Source of the DNA: a virus
Strand: one strand, 5' to 3'
Length of the DNA: 64,000 nt
Virus record (IMG/VR): IMGVR_UViG_3300010885_057925
Location: 96,001-160,000 of that record
Shown here piece by piece: positions 10,400 through 20,819 of this stretch. Position numbers and translations under genes: made by a program. A model generated the notes under the pieces. The model was not told the origin of the DNA, searched no databases, and saw only the letters and a list, made by a program, of their open reading frames with translations. Within the stretch, counting starts at the first letter, position 1; each line of letters opens with the position of its first letter.

Positions 10400-11194
10400 T
10401 TAAGTACAGTGCTCTGTGTTGAGATAAGGGCAGTACTGGCAAGACTGTCGATTCTTAATCTTCGTTCCCTTTCTCATGCCTGCAATCGTGTTAGAAACAA
10501 GCTTGTTAGCTTTCTGCATCGCGACAGGACCGACCGAGACCGTGAAGAGCTCAACACACTTCCCGGCCTTAGCTCCCTTCTTAAGGAGCACGTAACCGCA
10601 CTTGATGTAACGAGCTCCATCGAAAAGTTCCCTGTGCTTATTCATGAGATACGACTTGTAGAGAGCAACCTGAGCCAGAGTCAGCGGGTCCTGCTTCTTC
10701 TCAACTCTCCAACCGCCTGCCCCGGCCGTCTTCCAGTCAAGAACCCAAAGATCGTAGCCGCCCTTCTCTCGTGGAACTTTGATTATGCAGTCAACGAAAC
10801 CCTTGAAGTATGCATCTCGATCTTCGATCGATTCGTAGAGCGCTTCCTCCGCAGACACCGTCTCCCAACCAGGGAAAGTCTCATCGAGCCATGCAGGAAC
10901 TTCTTCCAGCGCATTTTTTGCCCAAGTTGCCCACTTCTCAGCTTCTGGAAATCCCTTAGAGTCCCAGGCTGCAACAATATCCATGAGGCAGCGCTCGATG
11001 TCCATCACACGAGTCTTCAGGTATCCTTCACATGCTGAGTGAACTGCAGTTCCAAAATCTAAGTGCTCGCTTGGCTTGTCGAGGTTGATCTTCTTGATCT
11101 GCTGAAGGTAGTGACGGTACGGACACTCGTTCCAGCTTCTGACCTCAGAGTAAGAAACGTGAGCTTTTCCTGTCGGAAGAAGATTATCAGACAA
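10400..11194 (-). CDS. PD-(D/E)XK exonuclease, Cas4/AddB-like with Fe-S staple
   Basis: SYS...CPYRHY, FGTAVH, GFVD...DWKT, QVALY and CQYCPY...C. TTG start after GGAGGG. Confidence 0.85.
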   Translation of the reverse strand: MSDNLLPTGKAHVSYSEVRSWNECPYRHYLQQIKKINLDKPSEHLDFGTAVHSACEGYLKTRVMDIERCLMDIVAAWDSKGFPEAEKWATWAKNALEEVPAWLDETFPGWETVSAEEALYESIEDRDAYFKGFVDCIIKVPREKGGYDLWVLDWKTAGAGGWRVEKKQDPLTLAQVALYKSYLMNKHRELFDGARYIKCGYVLLKKGAKAGKCVELFTVSVGPVAMQKANKLVSNTIAGMRKGTKIKNRQSCQYCPYLNTEHCT

Positions 11195-12284
11195 GTTCCC
11201 TCCTTGACTTCTGCAGAGCAGATCCAACTACCTGATGCATATCGTAATACTTGTACTCAGCCAATCGACCTCCGAATAGAACGTTAGACTCAAGTTCTGC
11301 AACTTCTTTGTACTTTCGATAAATTTCAGTGTTCTTTTCATCACCGATCGGATAATACGGAGTTGCGCTACGATCCCAAGCGATTGGATACTCCTTGGTG
11401 TAGATCGTGCTCTTCAGCTTGTCCAACCGTTCTGGTGTGAAATGCTTATGTTCGGTGATTCTGGTGTAAGGGACTGATGCATCACCGTAGTTTACGATGG
11501 CATTTCCTTGAAAGTCTCCCTCTCTCTTCTCTTCCTCAAAGCGAAGAGATCGATACTCTAGATCACCGAACTTGTAATCGAAAAACTCATCAATCTTTCC
11601 AGTGTACACAACTCTCTTCGCCATCGAATTCCACTTCTCGCGATTGCTGAAGTAGTTTTCTCCCAGCGCGATTTCGCAACCATTCAACATATTGTTGAAG
11701 ATGTTTGTGTATCCTTCTTTTGGAATTCCCTGGTACGTATCGTTGAAGTAGTTATCATCGAATGTCATCCTGATGGGAAGACGTTTGATAATTGAAGCCG
11801 GCAAGTCTTTTGGATCACGCATCCACTGCTTGGTAGTGTATCCACGAATGAAAATATCGTAGATTTCAGGCCCGACTTGAGAAAGAATCCAGTCTTCTAG
11901 ATTACTTGGATTCTCGCGTGGAACTCGAACAGTCTCGAGCTTTCTCATAGCTTCGTCAGGAGTATTGACTCCCCATACCTGATGAAGCGTCATCAAATTA
12001 ATTGGGAATGAGTACATCCTGTTTCTATGCTTGACCTTGGGTCGAAGCACAAAATTGTTGAACTCGGTGAATTGATTCATAAACTTCCAAATTCTTTCAT
12101 CGGAAGTATGAAAGATGTGCGGGCCGTACTTATGAACGTCGATTCCATCACGACGCTCGCTATAGCAGTTTCCACCGATGTGCTCTCTTCTGTCGATTAG
12201 AAGAACGCTCTTACCCTTGCTTCGAGCTTCATGAGCAAATACACTGCCGAAAAGACCAGCACCAATAATGAGGTAGTCGTACAT
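11187..12284 (-). CDS. glf: UDP-galactopyranose mutase
   Basis: YDYLIIGAGLFG, HKYGPHIFHT, YQGIP, TRITEHKHF and GRLAEYKYYDMHQV motifs. Confidence 0.97.
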   Translation of the reverse strand: MYDYLIIGAGLFGSVFAHEARSKGKSVLLIDRREHIGGNCYSERRDGIDVHKYGPHIFHTSDERIWKFMNQFTEFNNFVLRPKVKHRNRMYSFPINLMTLHQVWGVNTPDEAMRKLETVRVPRENPSNLEDWILSQVGPEIYDIFIRGYTTKQWMRDPKDLPASIIKRLPIRMTFDDNYFNDTYQGIPKEGYTNIFNNMLNGCEIALGENYFSNREKWNSMAKRVVYTGKIDEFFDYKFGDLEYRSLRFEEEKREGDFQGNAIVNYGDASVPYTRITEHKHFTPERLDKLKSTIYTKEYPIAWDRSATPYYPIGDEKNTEIYRKYKEVAELESNVLFGGRLAEYKYYDMHQVVGSALQKSRRELV

Positions 12285-12289
12285 GGCTT

Positions 12290-12318
12290 ATATTAAACCA
12301 CGTACGACTACTTTTCAA
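12290..12318 (-). promoter_or_regulatory. Sigma70-like promoter upstream of glf
   Basis: TTGAAA-N17-TAATAT, 5 nt before the ATG. Confidence 0.5.
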
Positions 12319-12326
12319 TCTTAATT

Positions 12327-13211
12327 CTACTTGAAGCTGTTTAGATAATCCTCAAGCTTTACCTTCGGCTCCCAACCAAGCTCATTGAAAGCTCGATTAT
12401 TGTTTGCTAGAGTCTCTCTTGTCTCACCGACTCGCTCAGAAACGTAGAGGCGATCTCCACCGATCATAGCTGCAAGATCATTTATCGAGTAATTTTTACC
12501 AGTTCCGATGTTGACCGGTCCGACCACCCACGGCTTTTCAGCTGCGATTAAATTGGCCTTGACAGCATCACTTATATGTGTGAAATCTCTTCGCTGATTT
12601 CCGTCACCCACAATTGTCATGGTATCTCCAGCAGCTTTCTGTCTCATGAAAAGACCCATAACAGGAGCGTACTCACCCTTTAGCGGCTCGCGTGGACCGT
12701 AAACATTGAAGTAGCGAAGAGAGATGGTCGAAAGCCCGTACAGCTTCGTGTAGAGCTCACAAACTTCCTCACCCTGCCACTTAGAGAGCGAATAAGGAGT
12801 TGCGCAACCCTTCGGAGCACTTTCGATAAACGGAGGCTTGGACGCGTGACCGTAGTAAGAAGACGAAGCTGAGTAGACAACGCGCTTCACACCCGCTAGA
12901 CGACTGCAATCAAGAACTCTCTGCGTCCCTAGCACGTTGACAGAGAAGCACTCTGATGGGTTGTTAACCGTTGGCTGGATTCTGGACCTAGCAGCGAGAT
13001 GGAAAACAACGTCAACACCATCGTACAAGTCCTGGTGAAGGTTGCGAATATCAGCGTCTATGTTTGTTGCAGCATCGTTCCAGTAGAACTGGTCATTTTG
13101 TGGCGCCGACTTATCATCAACGCAGATGACTTCATCACCACGAGCAATCAGAGCATCAACAACATGGGAGCCGATGAACCCAGCACCGCCAGTCACAAGA
13201 TAACGCATCAA
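12327..13211 (-). CDS. NAD-dependent nucleotide-sugar epimerase/dehydratase
   Basis: TGGAGFIGSH, YSLSK, LRYFNVYGPR and GDGNQRRDFTH. Confidence 0.92.
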   Translation of the reverse strand: MMRYLVTGGAGFIGSHVVDALIARGDEVICVDDKSAPQNDQFYWNDAATNIDADIRNLHQDLYDGVDVVFHLAARSRIQPTVNNPSECFSVNVLGTQRVLDCSRLAGVKRVVYSASSSYYGHASKPPFIESAPKGCATPYSLSKWQGEEVCELYTKLYGLSTISLRYFNVYGPREPLKGEYAPVMGLFMRQKAAGDTMTIVGDGNQRRDFTHISDAVKANLIAAEKPWVVGPVNIGTGKNYSINDLAAMIGGDRLYVSERVGETRETLANNNRAFNELGWEPKVKLEDYLNSFK

Positions 13212-14179
13212 GAGCTCCTCTTGCTGACAGCGCGACCGATCTGCTTCTCCCAGTCTCTGTCGTTCGGGCTTCGAATCTCAAGATTCTTCGACCAAGCTGC
13301 TTGCATCACAGTCGGCTTGACGTCGTAATAACGAGCAACGCTCATGAGAGCGTTGATATCCTTAGGGAAGCAATGACCGCCGAAGCCACGCACATAACGA
13401 CCATCATGAGTTGGGACAGGACCTGGAACGGACCAGTGAGACTCACCCAAACGACGATCAAACTTAGCGTACTCAACAACCTTGTCGTAATCGATGTTGA
13501 GACCATCTGCGTCAAGAGCTTCACAAATCTGTGAGATCTCATTAGCAAACGATACCTTGACTGCCAGCATACAATTGGTCACGTACTTGACCATCTCGGC
13601 AGTTGTAGAGCTCGTCTTAACGATTGTAACTTTCGGGAAAGCTCGCTGGAATACGTTCTTGACAGTGTTGATATAGGGCCGTGGGCCACCCAGAACGATG
13701 CGATTCTGCTCTCGCATGTCATTCACAGCATTCGCTTCGGTCAGAAACTCTGGGTTGAAGACGACGTGGAGGCCTTTGTCGTTGAACTTCTTATTCCAGT
13801 TTTCTGTCGATCCGGGCGGAACAGTGGACTTCACCACAGCGACTCTCTCAGGAGAGTCAGAGGTGTAAGAAGAGTTAGCAATCTCTGCCAAAACCCCCTC
13901 AACAATCGAAGTATCTGCCGCTCCGTCCTCATACATCGGAGTTGGTACGCAAACAAAGAACACGCCAGAGAAACCAGAAGTTCCCTCACATTCTGTCACG
14001 AACTCTGCTACAGAGCCCGGGTAGATAACTTCGTCAGAGTTATTCCTTCGGAAGCCATTCATTCCACCGTTAGCCAGCTTTCCCGCCTTGTCATACACGA
14101 AGACTCTCTCGCCGCGTTCGGAAAATACCGTCGTGAGGCTGCCACCGACGAAACCTTGACCGATAACACCAATGCTCAT
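13208..14179 (-). CDS. UDP-glucose/GDP-mannose dehydrogenase family protein (lacks C-terminal domain)
   Basis: GQGFVG, CVPTP, KSTVPPG, FNPEFL, AEMVKY and GFGGHCFPKD. Start follows an AAGGAG SD. Confidence 0.9.
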   Translation of the reverse strand: MSIGVIGQGFVGGSLTTVFSERGERVFVYDKAGKLANGGMNGFRRNNSDEVIYPGSVAEFVTECEGTSGFSGVFFVCVPTPMYEDGAADTSIVEGVLAEIANSSYTSDSPERVAVVKSTVPPGSTENWNKKFNDKGLHVVFNPEFLTEANAVNDMREQNRIVLGGPRPYINTVKNVFQRAFPKVTIVKTSSTTAEMVKYVTNCMLAVKVSFANEISQICEALDADGLNIDYDKVVEYAKFDRRLGESHWSVPGPVPTHDGRYVRGFGGHCFPKDINALMSVARYYDVKPTVMQAAWSKNLEIRSPNDRDWEKQIGRAVSKRSS

Positions 14180-14212
14180 TTTCTCTCCTTGATTGATTAT
14201 CACATAAGAGAG

Positions 14213-14629
14213 TTACATTTTCAAATCTAAAATTGAACTGGCTATCTTTTTCTTTAGATCGGTGAGGTTGTAGTCGTGATTTCTGCTGCAGAAATAGACG
14301 GGTTTTCCGAGTTCATCGCCTGTGAATCTCTTATTGACATAATCGGAGCCAAGTATTCTGACATCGAAACTTACTCTCGCAAGCAATCTGCGAAGATCTT
14401 CTTCAGTGTTGTAATAGACGACTTCGTCAACATGCTTCAAGGCTCGAAGTATCTCGGCTCTTTCTTCCCAAGACTGAACTGGCTTACACTTACTTGGTCT
14501 ATCGATAGTTGGGTCATCCTGCAATGCTACGATCAGACTTTCGCAGATTGCTTTTGACTCCCGAAACATTCGAATGTATCCAGGGTGGATTAGGTCGAAT
14601 GACCCAGCGATTAGTCCCGATTTATACAA
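14213..14629 (-). CDS. Cytidylyltransferase (TagD/glycerol-3-phosphate CTase-like)
   Basis: [10 protein letters not shown] variant of HxGH, plus ERAEIL and LGSDY. Confidence 0.8.
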   Translation of the reverse strand: MYKSGLIAGSFDLIHPGYIRMFRESKAICESLIVALQDDPTIDRPSKCKPVQSWEERAEILRALKHVDEVVYYNTEEDLRRLLARVSFDVRILGSDYVNKRFTGDELGKPVYFCSRNHDYNLTDLKKKIASSILDLKM

Positions 14630-15594
14630 GACGACTCCAGCTGTCTGTAATCCTCTTCATACATAAGCCGGGCCAATTCTTTGAACGTAGTTCTTGGTGA
14701 CCATCCCAATTTTTCTCTTGCTTTAGAGAAATCTCCTTCGAGCCATGGAACTTCATGAGGACGCTTAAGACGATCATCTATCAAAAGATGCTTATCGACG
14801 TCAAGGCTGGCAATCTGGAAGACCTCGTCTAAGAATTCTCTGACCGTGTGAGTCTCACCTGTCGCAATGACGTAATCATCGGGCTTGTCCTGTTGAAGCA
14901 TCAACCACATCGCCTCAACGTAGTCTTTCGCGTAACCCCAGTCGCGGAGCGCGTCAAGATTGCCGAGAGCGATCTTGTCTTGGAGACCGAGCTTGATTCG
15001 TGCAGCTGCAAGCGTGATCTTGCGAGTGACAAATGTTTCACCACGACGAGGGCTCTCATGATTGAAAAGAATGCCTGAAGATGCGTGAATGCCGTAGCCC
15101 TCGCGGTAGTTGCGAGTGAGACCGTGAGCGAAGACCTTGGCGCAGGCGTACGGAGACGCTGGCATTAGACGTGTCTCCTCATTCTGAGGGTGCTCGGGAT
15201 TATCACCGTACATCTCAGACGAAGATGCTTGATAGAACCTGCAATCAGGTTGCATGGTCCTGATGCACTCAAGAAGTCGAAGAGGTCCCATCGCTACCGA
15301 GTCCACAGTTTCCTCAGGCACTTCAAACGAGACTCTAACATGCGACTGCGCCGCGAGGTTGTAGACCTCATCAAACTTCTGGTTTGCGAAGAGACGGTAG
15401 AATGCTCCAGCATCGTTCATAGAGCCGTAAACAAGCTGAAAGTTTTTGTGAGCAAGAAGATGATCGATTCTGTCAGTTGCGAGAAGAGAGGTTCTCCGCT
15501 TCATGCCAACGACTTTGTATCCCTTTTCTAGCAAAAGCTCGATGAGGTACGACCCGTCTTGGCCTGTGCATCCAGTCACAAGAGCTGTTTTCAT
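14611..15594 (-). CDS. gmd: GDP-mannose 4,6-dehydratase
   Basis: [42 protein letters not shown] and RDWGYA. Confidence 0.97.
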   Translation of the reverse strand: MKTALVTGCTGQDGSYLIELLLEKGYKVVGMKRRTSLLATDRIDHLLAHKNFQLVYGSMNDAGAFYRLFANQKFDEVYNLAAQSHVRVSFEVPEETVDSVAMGPLRLLECIRTMQPDCRFYQASSSEMYGDNPEHPQNEETRLMPASPYACAKVFAHGLTRNYREGYGIHASSGILFNHESPRRGETFVTRKITLAAARIKLGLQDKIALGNLDALRDWGYAKDYVEAMWLMLQQDKPDDYVIATGETHTVREFLDEVFQIASLDVDKHLLIDDRLKRPHEVPWLEGDFSKAREKLGWSPRTTFKELARLMYEEDYRQLESSCINRD

Positions 15595-16532
15595 ATCTTA
15601 ATCTTAACCCCTCGAACGTCAGGGTATCTATCTACGAATGATTTTATTGTCTCTCTAAGGCCATCACGAAGCGGAGTGTACTCATCCGTCCAACCAAGAG
15701 ATCTAAGCTTCTTGTTGGATGATGGCTTCTCATACTGACCGTCAGGCTTTGAAGAGTCAAACTTCACATGTCCCTCAAATCCGATTTCCTCTCCGATCAT
15801 CAGAGAAAGATGTTCGATAGAGACCCAATCAGGATTTCCAATGTTGACGGGCTCATCACTGTCATAGTTTTCTGCTAGCCACAGGATGATCTTTGCTGCA
15901 TCTCTAGCAAAAGTGAACTCTCGAATTGGACGTCCAGATCCCCAAACAATGACCTCATTCCTGCCTTCAAGCATCGCCTCGTGGAACTTGCGAATGAGAG
16001 CTGGTATGACATGACCACTGTTGAGATCGTAGTTGTCATTGATGCCATAGAGATTGTTCGGAATGACTGAGATGAAGTTGCATCCGAACTGTTGACGGTA
16101 AGCTCTGCTCTGAACCTCAAGCATCCTCTTTGCGTATGCATACCCAAAATTCGAATGATGCGGTGGGCCCATGTGAAGCTGATCCTCGGTGAGCGGGTAC
16201 TTCACATAAGGGGCATCTGGGTAGATGCAAGTCGAAAGCACGGAGACAAGCTTCAGGTTATTCTCTCTGCAAGCGTCCAGCACATTCATGTTCATCTTGA
16301 CGTTGTCGTCAAAAAAGTCTGCGACATAGTCTGTGTTTGCCTTCACACCGCCGACCTTTGCCGCGCAGTGAATGACTGTGTCTACACGACCATCTTCAAG
16401 AGTGAGAATAGCGTGGTTTGACTCAGTCAGATCGCAATCCCTTGAATTGAGACCAATTGATCCTGTTGACAGAGCAAGAATCTCACTGCCCAAGAGCCCT
16501 GACACTCCAGTTATGAGATTCACGGGCTCCAT
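15591..16532 (-). CDS. fcl: GDP-L-fucose synthase
   Basis: [31 protein letters not shown] and [10 protein letters not shown], adjacent to gmd. Confidence 0.93.
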   Translation of the reverse strand: MEPVNLITGVSGLLGSEILALSTGSIGLNSRDCDLTESNHAILTLEDGRVDTVIHCAAKVGGVKANTDYVADFFDDNVKMNMNVLDACRENNLKLVSVLSTCIYPDAPYVKYPLTEDQLHMGPPHHSNFGYAYAKRMLEVQSRAYRQQFGCNFISVIPNNLYGINDNYDLNSGHVIPALIRKFHEAMLEGRNEVIVWGSGRPIREFTFARDAAKIILWLAENYDSDEPVNIGNPDWVSIEHLSLMIGEEIGFEGHVKFDSSKPDGQYEKPSSNKKLRSLGWTDEYTPLRDGLRETIKSFVDRYPDVRGVKIKI

Positions 16533-17341
16533 AGATGAAACTCATTCTTAGAAATTAGATCTGCAACCTCTTCGGAAATCGGGCAGTTTCCAGTTATCCC
16601 ACGCTCAATGTAGGCCGGCTGCTTGTAGACAACCTTGGGATAATGCCCCTTCTCTGGACCTCTGATTCCAAGCTCTGCTTTTATTCCCACCATGTGTAGC
16701 TTCATCTGTTCAAGAGCCATGAGGCACAAAGGCTCAGCCAGCCTGAAATTAAACCCGACGTGGACGTGATTGTACTTTCCGTCTTGACCCTGCTCGCAGA
16801 TAGATCGTATCTTCTTAGCGTCAAGTTTGGAGTTTTTTGGAGTGCAGATCATTCCACCTTCAAACGTTGAGATGTTCTTCGTCTTATAGAAAGAGAACGT
16901 TCCAACGTCCGACATCATTCCAGCGAATCTTCCGTGGTGATCTTGCGATGCAAATCCCTGAGCAGTGTCTTCTATAACAATGAGATCGTGCTTTCTAGCT
17001 ATCTCATTGATCTCATCCATCTGGCAGATTCTGCCGTAAAGATGCACTGGGATAATTGCGCGAGTCCTGGGAGTGATTGCTGCTTCAATCTTCTTCGGAT
17101 CAATTAAGAGCGTTTTCGGATCTATATCAACAAATACCGGAGTTCCACCTGCGATCAAGATTGCGTTGCTTGTCGCGATGAACGTGAACGGAGTGGTGAT
17201 GATCTCATCGCCAGGCTTCAAGTCAAGAGACCATGTACATGCGATCAATGCGCTTGTGCCGTTGTTGACCGCAACGCAATCCTGCAGATCAAATTCATTT
17301 CTAACGTAGTTCTCAAAAGCTTCTCTTACAAATGCAGGCAA
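16520..17341 (-). CDS. DegT/DnrJ/EryC1/StrS sugar aminotransferase (short C-terminus)
   Basis: NNGTSAL, TTPFTFIAT, IPVHLYG, IEDTAQ and FSFYKTKNISTFEGG. Confidence 0.9.
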   Translation of the reverse strand: MPAFVREAFENYVRNEFDLQDCVAVNNGTSALIACTWSLDLKPGDEIITTPFTFIATSNAILIAGGTPVFVDIDPKTLLIDPKKIEAAITPRTRAIIPVHLYGRICQMDEINEIARKHDLIVIEDTAQGFASQDHHGRFAGMMSDVGTFSFYKTKNISTFEGGMICTPKNSKLDAKKIRSICEQGQDGKYNHVHVGFNFRLAEPLCLMALEQMKLHMVGIKAELGIRGPEKGHYPKVVYKQPAYIERGITGNCPISEEVADLISKNEFHLWSP

Positions 17342-17355
17342 GTTCTCTCTCTTTT

Positions 17356-18087
17356 TTAGATTTTAGAAGAACTCGCGCTATTGTACAAAAACTTTTCGTA
17401 AATCTCTCTCAACCCCTGAGGGCATTCATCGATCGACGCGTTGCCGTTCTGACACTTTCTAAAAAAATCTAACACGATGCTTGAGCTGACGTTTATGAGA
17501 TCTTTGTTTCTCGAGAACCCTATCATATTAAATCCCGACTTGTCATCTTTTATGACGGTGAAAGGAAGAACGTCAGATCTGACGCTTGTACCCATTCCTA
17601 TCATAGAAAATCCGCCAATTTTGACGTTCTGATGAACGCAACTATTCATGCCAATATTTGCGAGCTTTCCAATGTAGCAATGACCTCCGATCTGAGCTCC
17701 ATTAGAGATGATGACAAAATCATCGAGAATGACGTCATGACCAACGTTTATGTGATTCATGATGTAGCAACCGTTTCCTATCTTAGTCTCTAGTCCAGTT
17801 GGCGAGTGGACGGTGCAATATTCTCTCAACGTGTTTTGCGAACCAATGATTACTTTTCCGTCTTTGTTTCGGCGAGATCTTGCATGCTGCGGCTCTTGAC
17901 CGATACAGACGCCATGAGAAATCACGTTGCCGTCTCCAATTACAACGTCATTCTCTATGATAACGTTTCTTCCGATTCTGTTGTTGGAACCGATTGTTAT
18001 GTTACCTTCAATGTAGCAATTTCCCTCTATGATACAATTTTCGCCCAACACTACGTTTTTTCCCACAAACGAAGTAGGGTGCGTCAT
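17356..18087 (-). CDS. LpxA-like hexapeptide-repeat acyltransferase
   Basis: Left-handed beta-helix repeats with IGQEPQ, REYCTVH, VGHD, GGH, VHQ and DVLPF, as in LpxA. Confidence 0.85.
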   Translation of the reverse strand: MTHPTSFVGKNVVLGENCIIEGNCYIEGNITIGSNNRIGRNVIIENDVVIGDGNVISHGVCIGQEPQHARSRRNKDGKVIIGSQNTLREYCTVHSPTGLETKIGNGCYIMNHINVGHDVILDDFVIISNGAQIGGHCYIGKLANIGMNSCVHQNVKIGGFSMIGMGTSVRSDVLPFTVIKDDKSGFNMIGFSRNKDLINVSSSIVLDFFRKCQNGNASIDECPQGLREIYEKFLYNSASSSKI

Positions 18088-18758
18088 ACTGTGAAACCGC
18101 CGTCAATCACGATGTCAGAGCCATTCATAAAATCAGACTTGTCAACCAAGAACTGAACAGCATCAACAACTTCATTGATCTCAGCGAGCCTCTTCATTGG
18201 AGTTCTTTCTGAAATCTTTGACTTCTGAACTTGAGACAGATCTTTTGACATTTCAGTCTCCATGTATCCGGGAGACACAACGTTCGCCCTTATCCCTCTT
18301 GATCCCATCTCGACAGCGATAGTTTTAGCAAAAGAATTTATGGATGACTTGCTCATAGAGTAAGCCGCCAATCCCTTAAAGTGCTTTTTTGCACAAATGG
18401 AAGATACAAAGATGACATGTCCTTTCTTCTTCTGGCGAAGTCTGTGTTGCATCCACAGTTTGGTCATCATTGCAGGAGCCAAAACGTTAACTTTGTGAAT
18501 TCTTAAATACGAATCGAGAGTCTCAACAATCGCTAGATTGCTGTTTGTTATGGCTGCGTTGTGTACCAGAACGTCAACATCAGAAAGCAGATCTCCCAAT
18601 TTGTCTATCGAACCGAGGTCTTCTAGGTCAAATGAAACATGTTCCCATGAAAATTCAGAAGAGCTTCTAGAAAGACCAACTACTTCGTGATCGATTTTAA
18701 GACGCTCGCAGATGCTATAGCCGAGACCCTTTGAGTCTCCAGTAATCAAAACTTTCAT
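18084..18758 (-). CDS. FabG-like SDR (3-oxoacyl-ACP reductase)
   Basis: TGDSKGLG, YSMSK, NVVSPGYMETEM, TPMKR and IDGG. Confidence 0.85.
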   Translation of the reverse strand: MKVLITGDSKGLGYSICERLKIDHEVVGLSRSSSEFSWEHVSFDLEDLGSIDKLGDLLSDVDVLVHNAAITNSNLAIVETLDSYLRIHKVNVLAPAMMTKLWMQHRLRQKKKGHVIFVSSICAKKHFKGLAAYSMSKSSINSFAKTIAVEMGSRGIRANVVSPGYMETEMSKDLSQVQKSKISERTPMKRLAEINEVVDAVQFLVDKSDFMNGSDIVIDGGFTV

Positions 18759-19654
18759 TATGACCTCTTTTTCTTTCCAGAATCAGACAATTTAATTTGT
18801 GTGACTTTCTCTATCAAGATTGGTCTCTGGTGCTTTGGAAAAGTATTTGCTATTATCTCTGAGAGGCGGACTTTCTCTATCGATCCCACATACTCAAGCT
18901 TGATAGAGTTTCCAATGACTGGGGCTTTTATAGAAATACAAGCGCAATCTTCGATGCCATCAATTTCGAGAATTTTTGCCTCTACTTCTTCTAGAGACAC
19001 AAGAGCGCCAGCAATGTTTAATTTTGCGTCGACTCTTCCCACGAACTTGTATCTGTCTCCATCAATCTTCCATGAATCTTTTAGAACAATTCCATTAGCT
19101 ACGAGAGAACCATCTTCTAAAAAAGAAAAATTTTTGAACTTTTCCCTTGGATATCCCTCGATACCGTCTGATGAGCTACAGATATCACCAGTTTCAGTAG
19201 AAGCGTAGACGTGAGTGATTCTAGCAGAAGAGAATAGCTTCTTACAGCAATCAAGAGAATACTGCGTCGCGTACTCTCCTCCTAAAGTTACTTGATTCAC
19301 ACCGTTAAATGATCTTCCAGACCTTAGAAGCTTTTGAGCCTGTGATGGAGTCATGCAAATATCGGTGCATTTCTCAACTTCGTCAAGATTTTCAAAACTT
19401 AAATGCTTTACTCTTACATTGCTTTTAATCGCATGAAGAATCACGCTAAGTGAAGCCCACGTTCCCAGAGAGTAAAAAAAACCTATTTGAGAGTTTGGGT
19501 GATAGTCTCTTTTCGTTTTCTTTTCGAGCTCGACAGTGACATCTTTCAGAACTGTTTTTCTTTCTCCGGTAGTTCCGGATGTCTGAATCGCAATCGATTT
19601 ATTTTCTTTTATGGATCTCTCTATGCTCTCATAGTACGATTCAAAATCATTCAT
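18758..19654 (-). CDS. AMP-dependent acyl ligase (compact adenylation enzyme)
   Basis: TSGTTGERK, YASTETG, GRVD and SDSGKKKR adenylation motifs. Confidence 0.85.
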   Translation of the reverse strand: MNDFESYYESIERSIKENKSIAIQTSGTTGERKTVLKDVTVELEKKTKRDYHPNSQIGFFYSLGTWASLSVILHAIKSNVRVKHLSFENLDEVEKCTDICMTPSQAQKLLRSGRSFNGVNQVTLGGEYATQYSLDCCKKLFSSARITHVYASTETGDICSSSDGIEGYPREKFKNFSFLEDGSLVANGIVLKDSWKIDGDRYKFVGRVDAKLNIAGALVSLEEVEAKILEIDGIEDCACISIKAPVIGNSIKLEYVGSIEKVRLSEIIANTFPKHQRPILIEKVTQIKLSDSGKKKRS

Positions 19655-19892
19655 TTGGCAACATCACGCCAACAAAGATATCCAGCAGATGCTGGACTGT
19701 CTTTATCTGATGCCACTGGATCGGTAAATCCAGAACGTTGATAGAGAACTTATGATCAACATCGATCACAATTTGCGCGTAATCGATGCTGTCAATTCCA
19801 ACTTCATCAAAAACTGTGTCAAGCTCAACTTGAATGCTCGGATTGACTCTTCGGATTGCCTCTACAATAGAATCAAAAACTTCTTCTTTCAT
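19647..19892 (-). CDS. Acyl carrier protein
   Basis: Small and acidic, with a GIDSID phosphopantetheine serine motif. Start moved to MKEEVF. Confidence 0.85.
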   Translation of the reverse strand: MKEEVFDSIVEAIRRVNPSIQVELDTVFDEVGIDSIDYAQIVIDVDHKFSINVLDLPIQWHQIKTVQHLLDIFVGVMLPNE

Positions 19893-19911
19893 GAGCTTAA
19901 CCTTTTCAGCA

Positions 19912-20763
19912 TTATAAATCGTGAATGCTCGAAAGTTCAATGATGCTGTCGTTCAAATGATACTGCTTGACTCTCTCGCTTGTTGACATGAATCTTTCAG
20001 TCAAACGATCTCCACGGCGAGGAGCGATAATCTCTTTTGCTCTGTCTGGATACAGATCATTTGCAACGTCTTCCATCAGACGAAGATGACCGCTGTTTAC
20101 TATGAATCGACCTGGCTCAGATCTAAGCATCGCAAAAATGATAAGTCCAGCCGACTCTTCGACCGAGATGAAGTGACGCTCGCAAGTCGGAGCAACTTTG
20201 ATAGGCTCGCTCTCTAGGACTTTGTCCCAGATCTCAAATACGTTGCCCTGCGTCTCGACGACATTAAAGAATCTTGCCACGGAACCACCGCTGTTCATGG
20301 TCATTCTCTCTGCGATCAGCTTGCTAGCTCCGTAAACGATCTCTGGGTTTGCAGACTTGCAAGTAGAAGTCAGAATCATCCTACAGCCATCCGGCTTATT
20401 GTCCAGTAAGTTCTTAGTTCCGATTGTGTTGATCGAAAGTGTCATCCAAGTCTCGTGTTCTCCGACAGGAGCATGCTTCGCTCCCGCGATATTCACGATG
20501 ATGGTTGGCTTGTAGTCGTTCAGAACTTGCTTCACTCTGTCAAAATCAGTTATGTCCATCTTGGTGTGATCACCCTCGATGTCAGTCGACAGAAAATTGA
20601 CATTATGGCGCTTGAACTTTTCTACCAGCACAGTGCCGATGCTGCCATTAGCTCCCGTGATCAGAACTCTCTCGTTCAAATTTTCTAATCTGTTCTCAAC
20701 GCTTACGAGCTGCTGAAGCTCTTTCCTGCCCAGAACTTTCTCGAGTGAATACTTGTCCATCAT
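19912..20763 (-). CDS. CapD/PglF/FlaA1-like nucleotide-sugar 4,6-dehydratase
   Basis: LGRKE, ITGANGSIG, AGAKHAP, YGASKLIAER, RFFNV and RRGDRL. Confidence 0.8.
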   Translation of the reverse strand: MMDKYSLEKVLGRKELQQLVSVENRLENLNERVLITGANGSIGTVLVEKFKRHNVNFLSTDIEGDHTKMDITDFDRVKQVLNDYKPTIIVNIAGAKHAPVGEHETWMTLSINTIGTKNLLDNKPDGCRMILTSTCKSANPEIVYGASKLIAERMTMNSGGSVARFFNVVETQGNVFEIWDKVLESEPIKVAPTCERHFISVEESAGLIIFAMLRSEPGRFIVNSGHLRLMEDVANDLYPDRAKEIIAPRRGDRLTERFMSTSERVKQYHLNDSIIELSSIHDL

Positions 20764-20819
20764 TTCTAGAACTCTCCTTTAATTTTTCTATCGAAAGTTT
20801 TCGTTCAAAAACCGTGATC

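Noticed and set aside
10400-11194. CRISPR-Cas system
   Set aside because: No repeat-spacer array or other cas genes were seen in the window.
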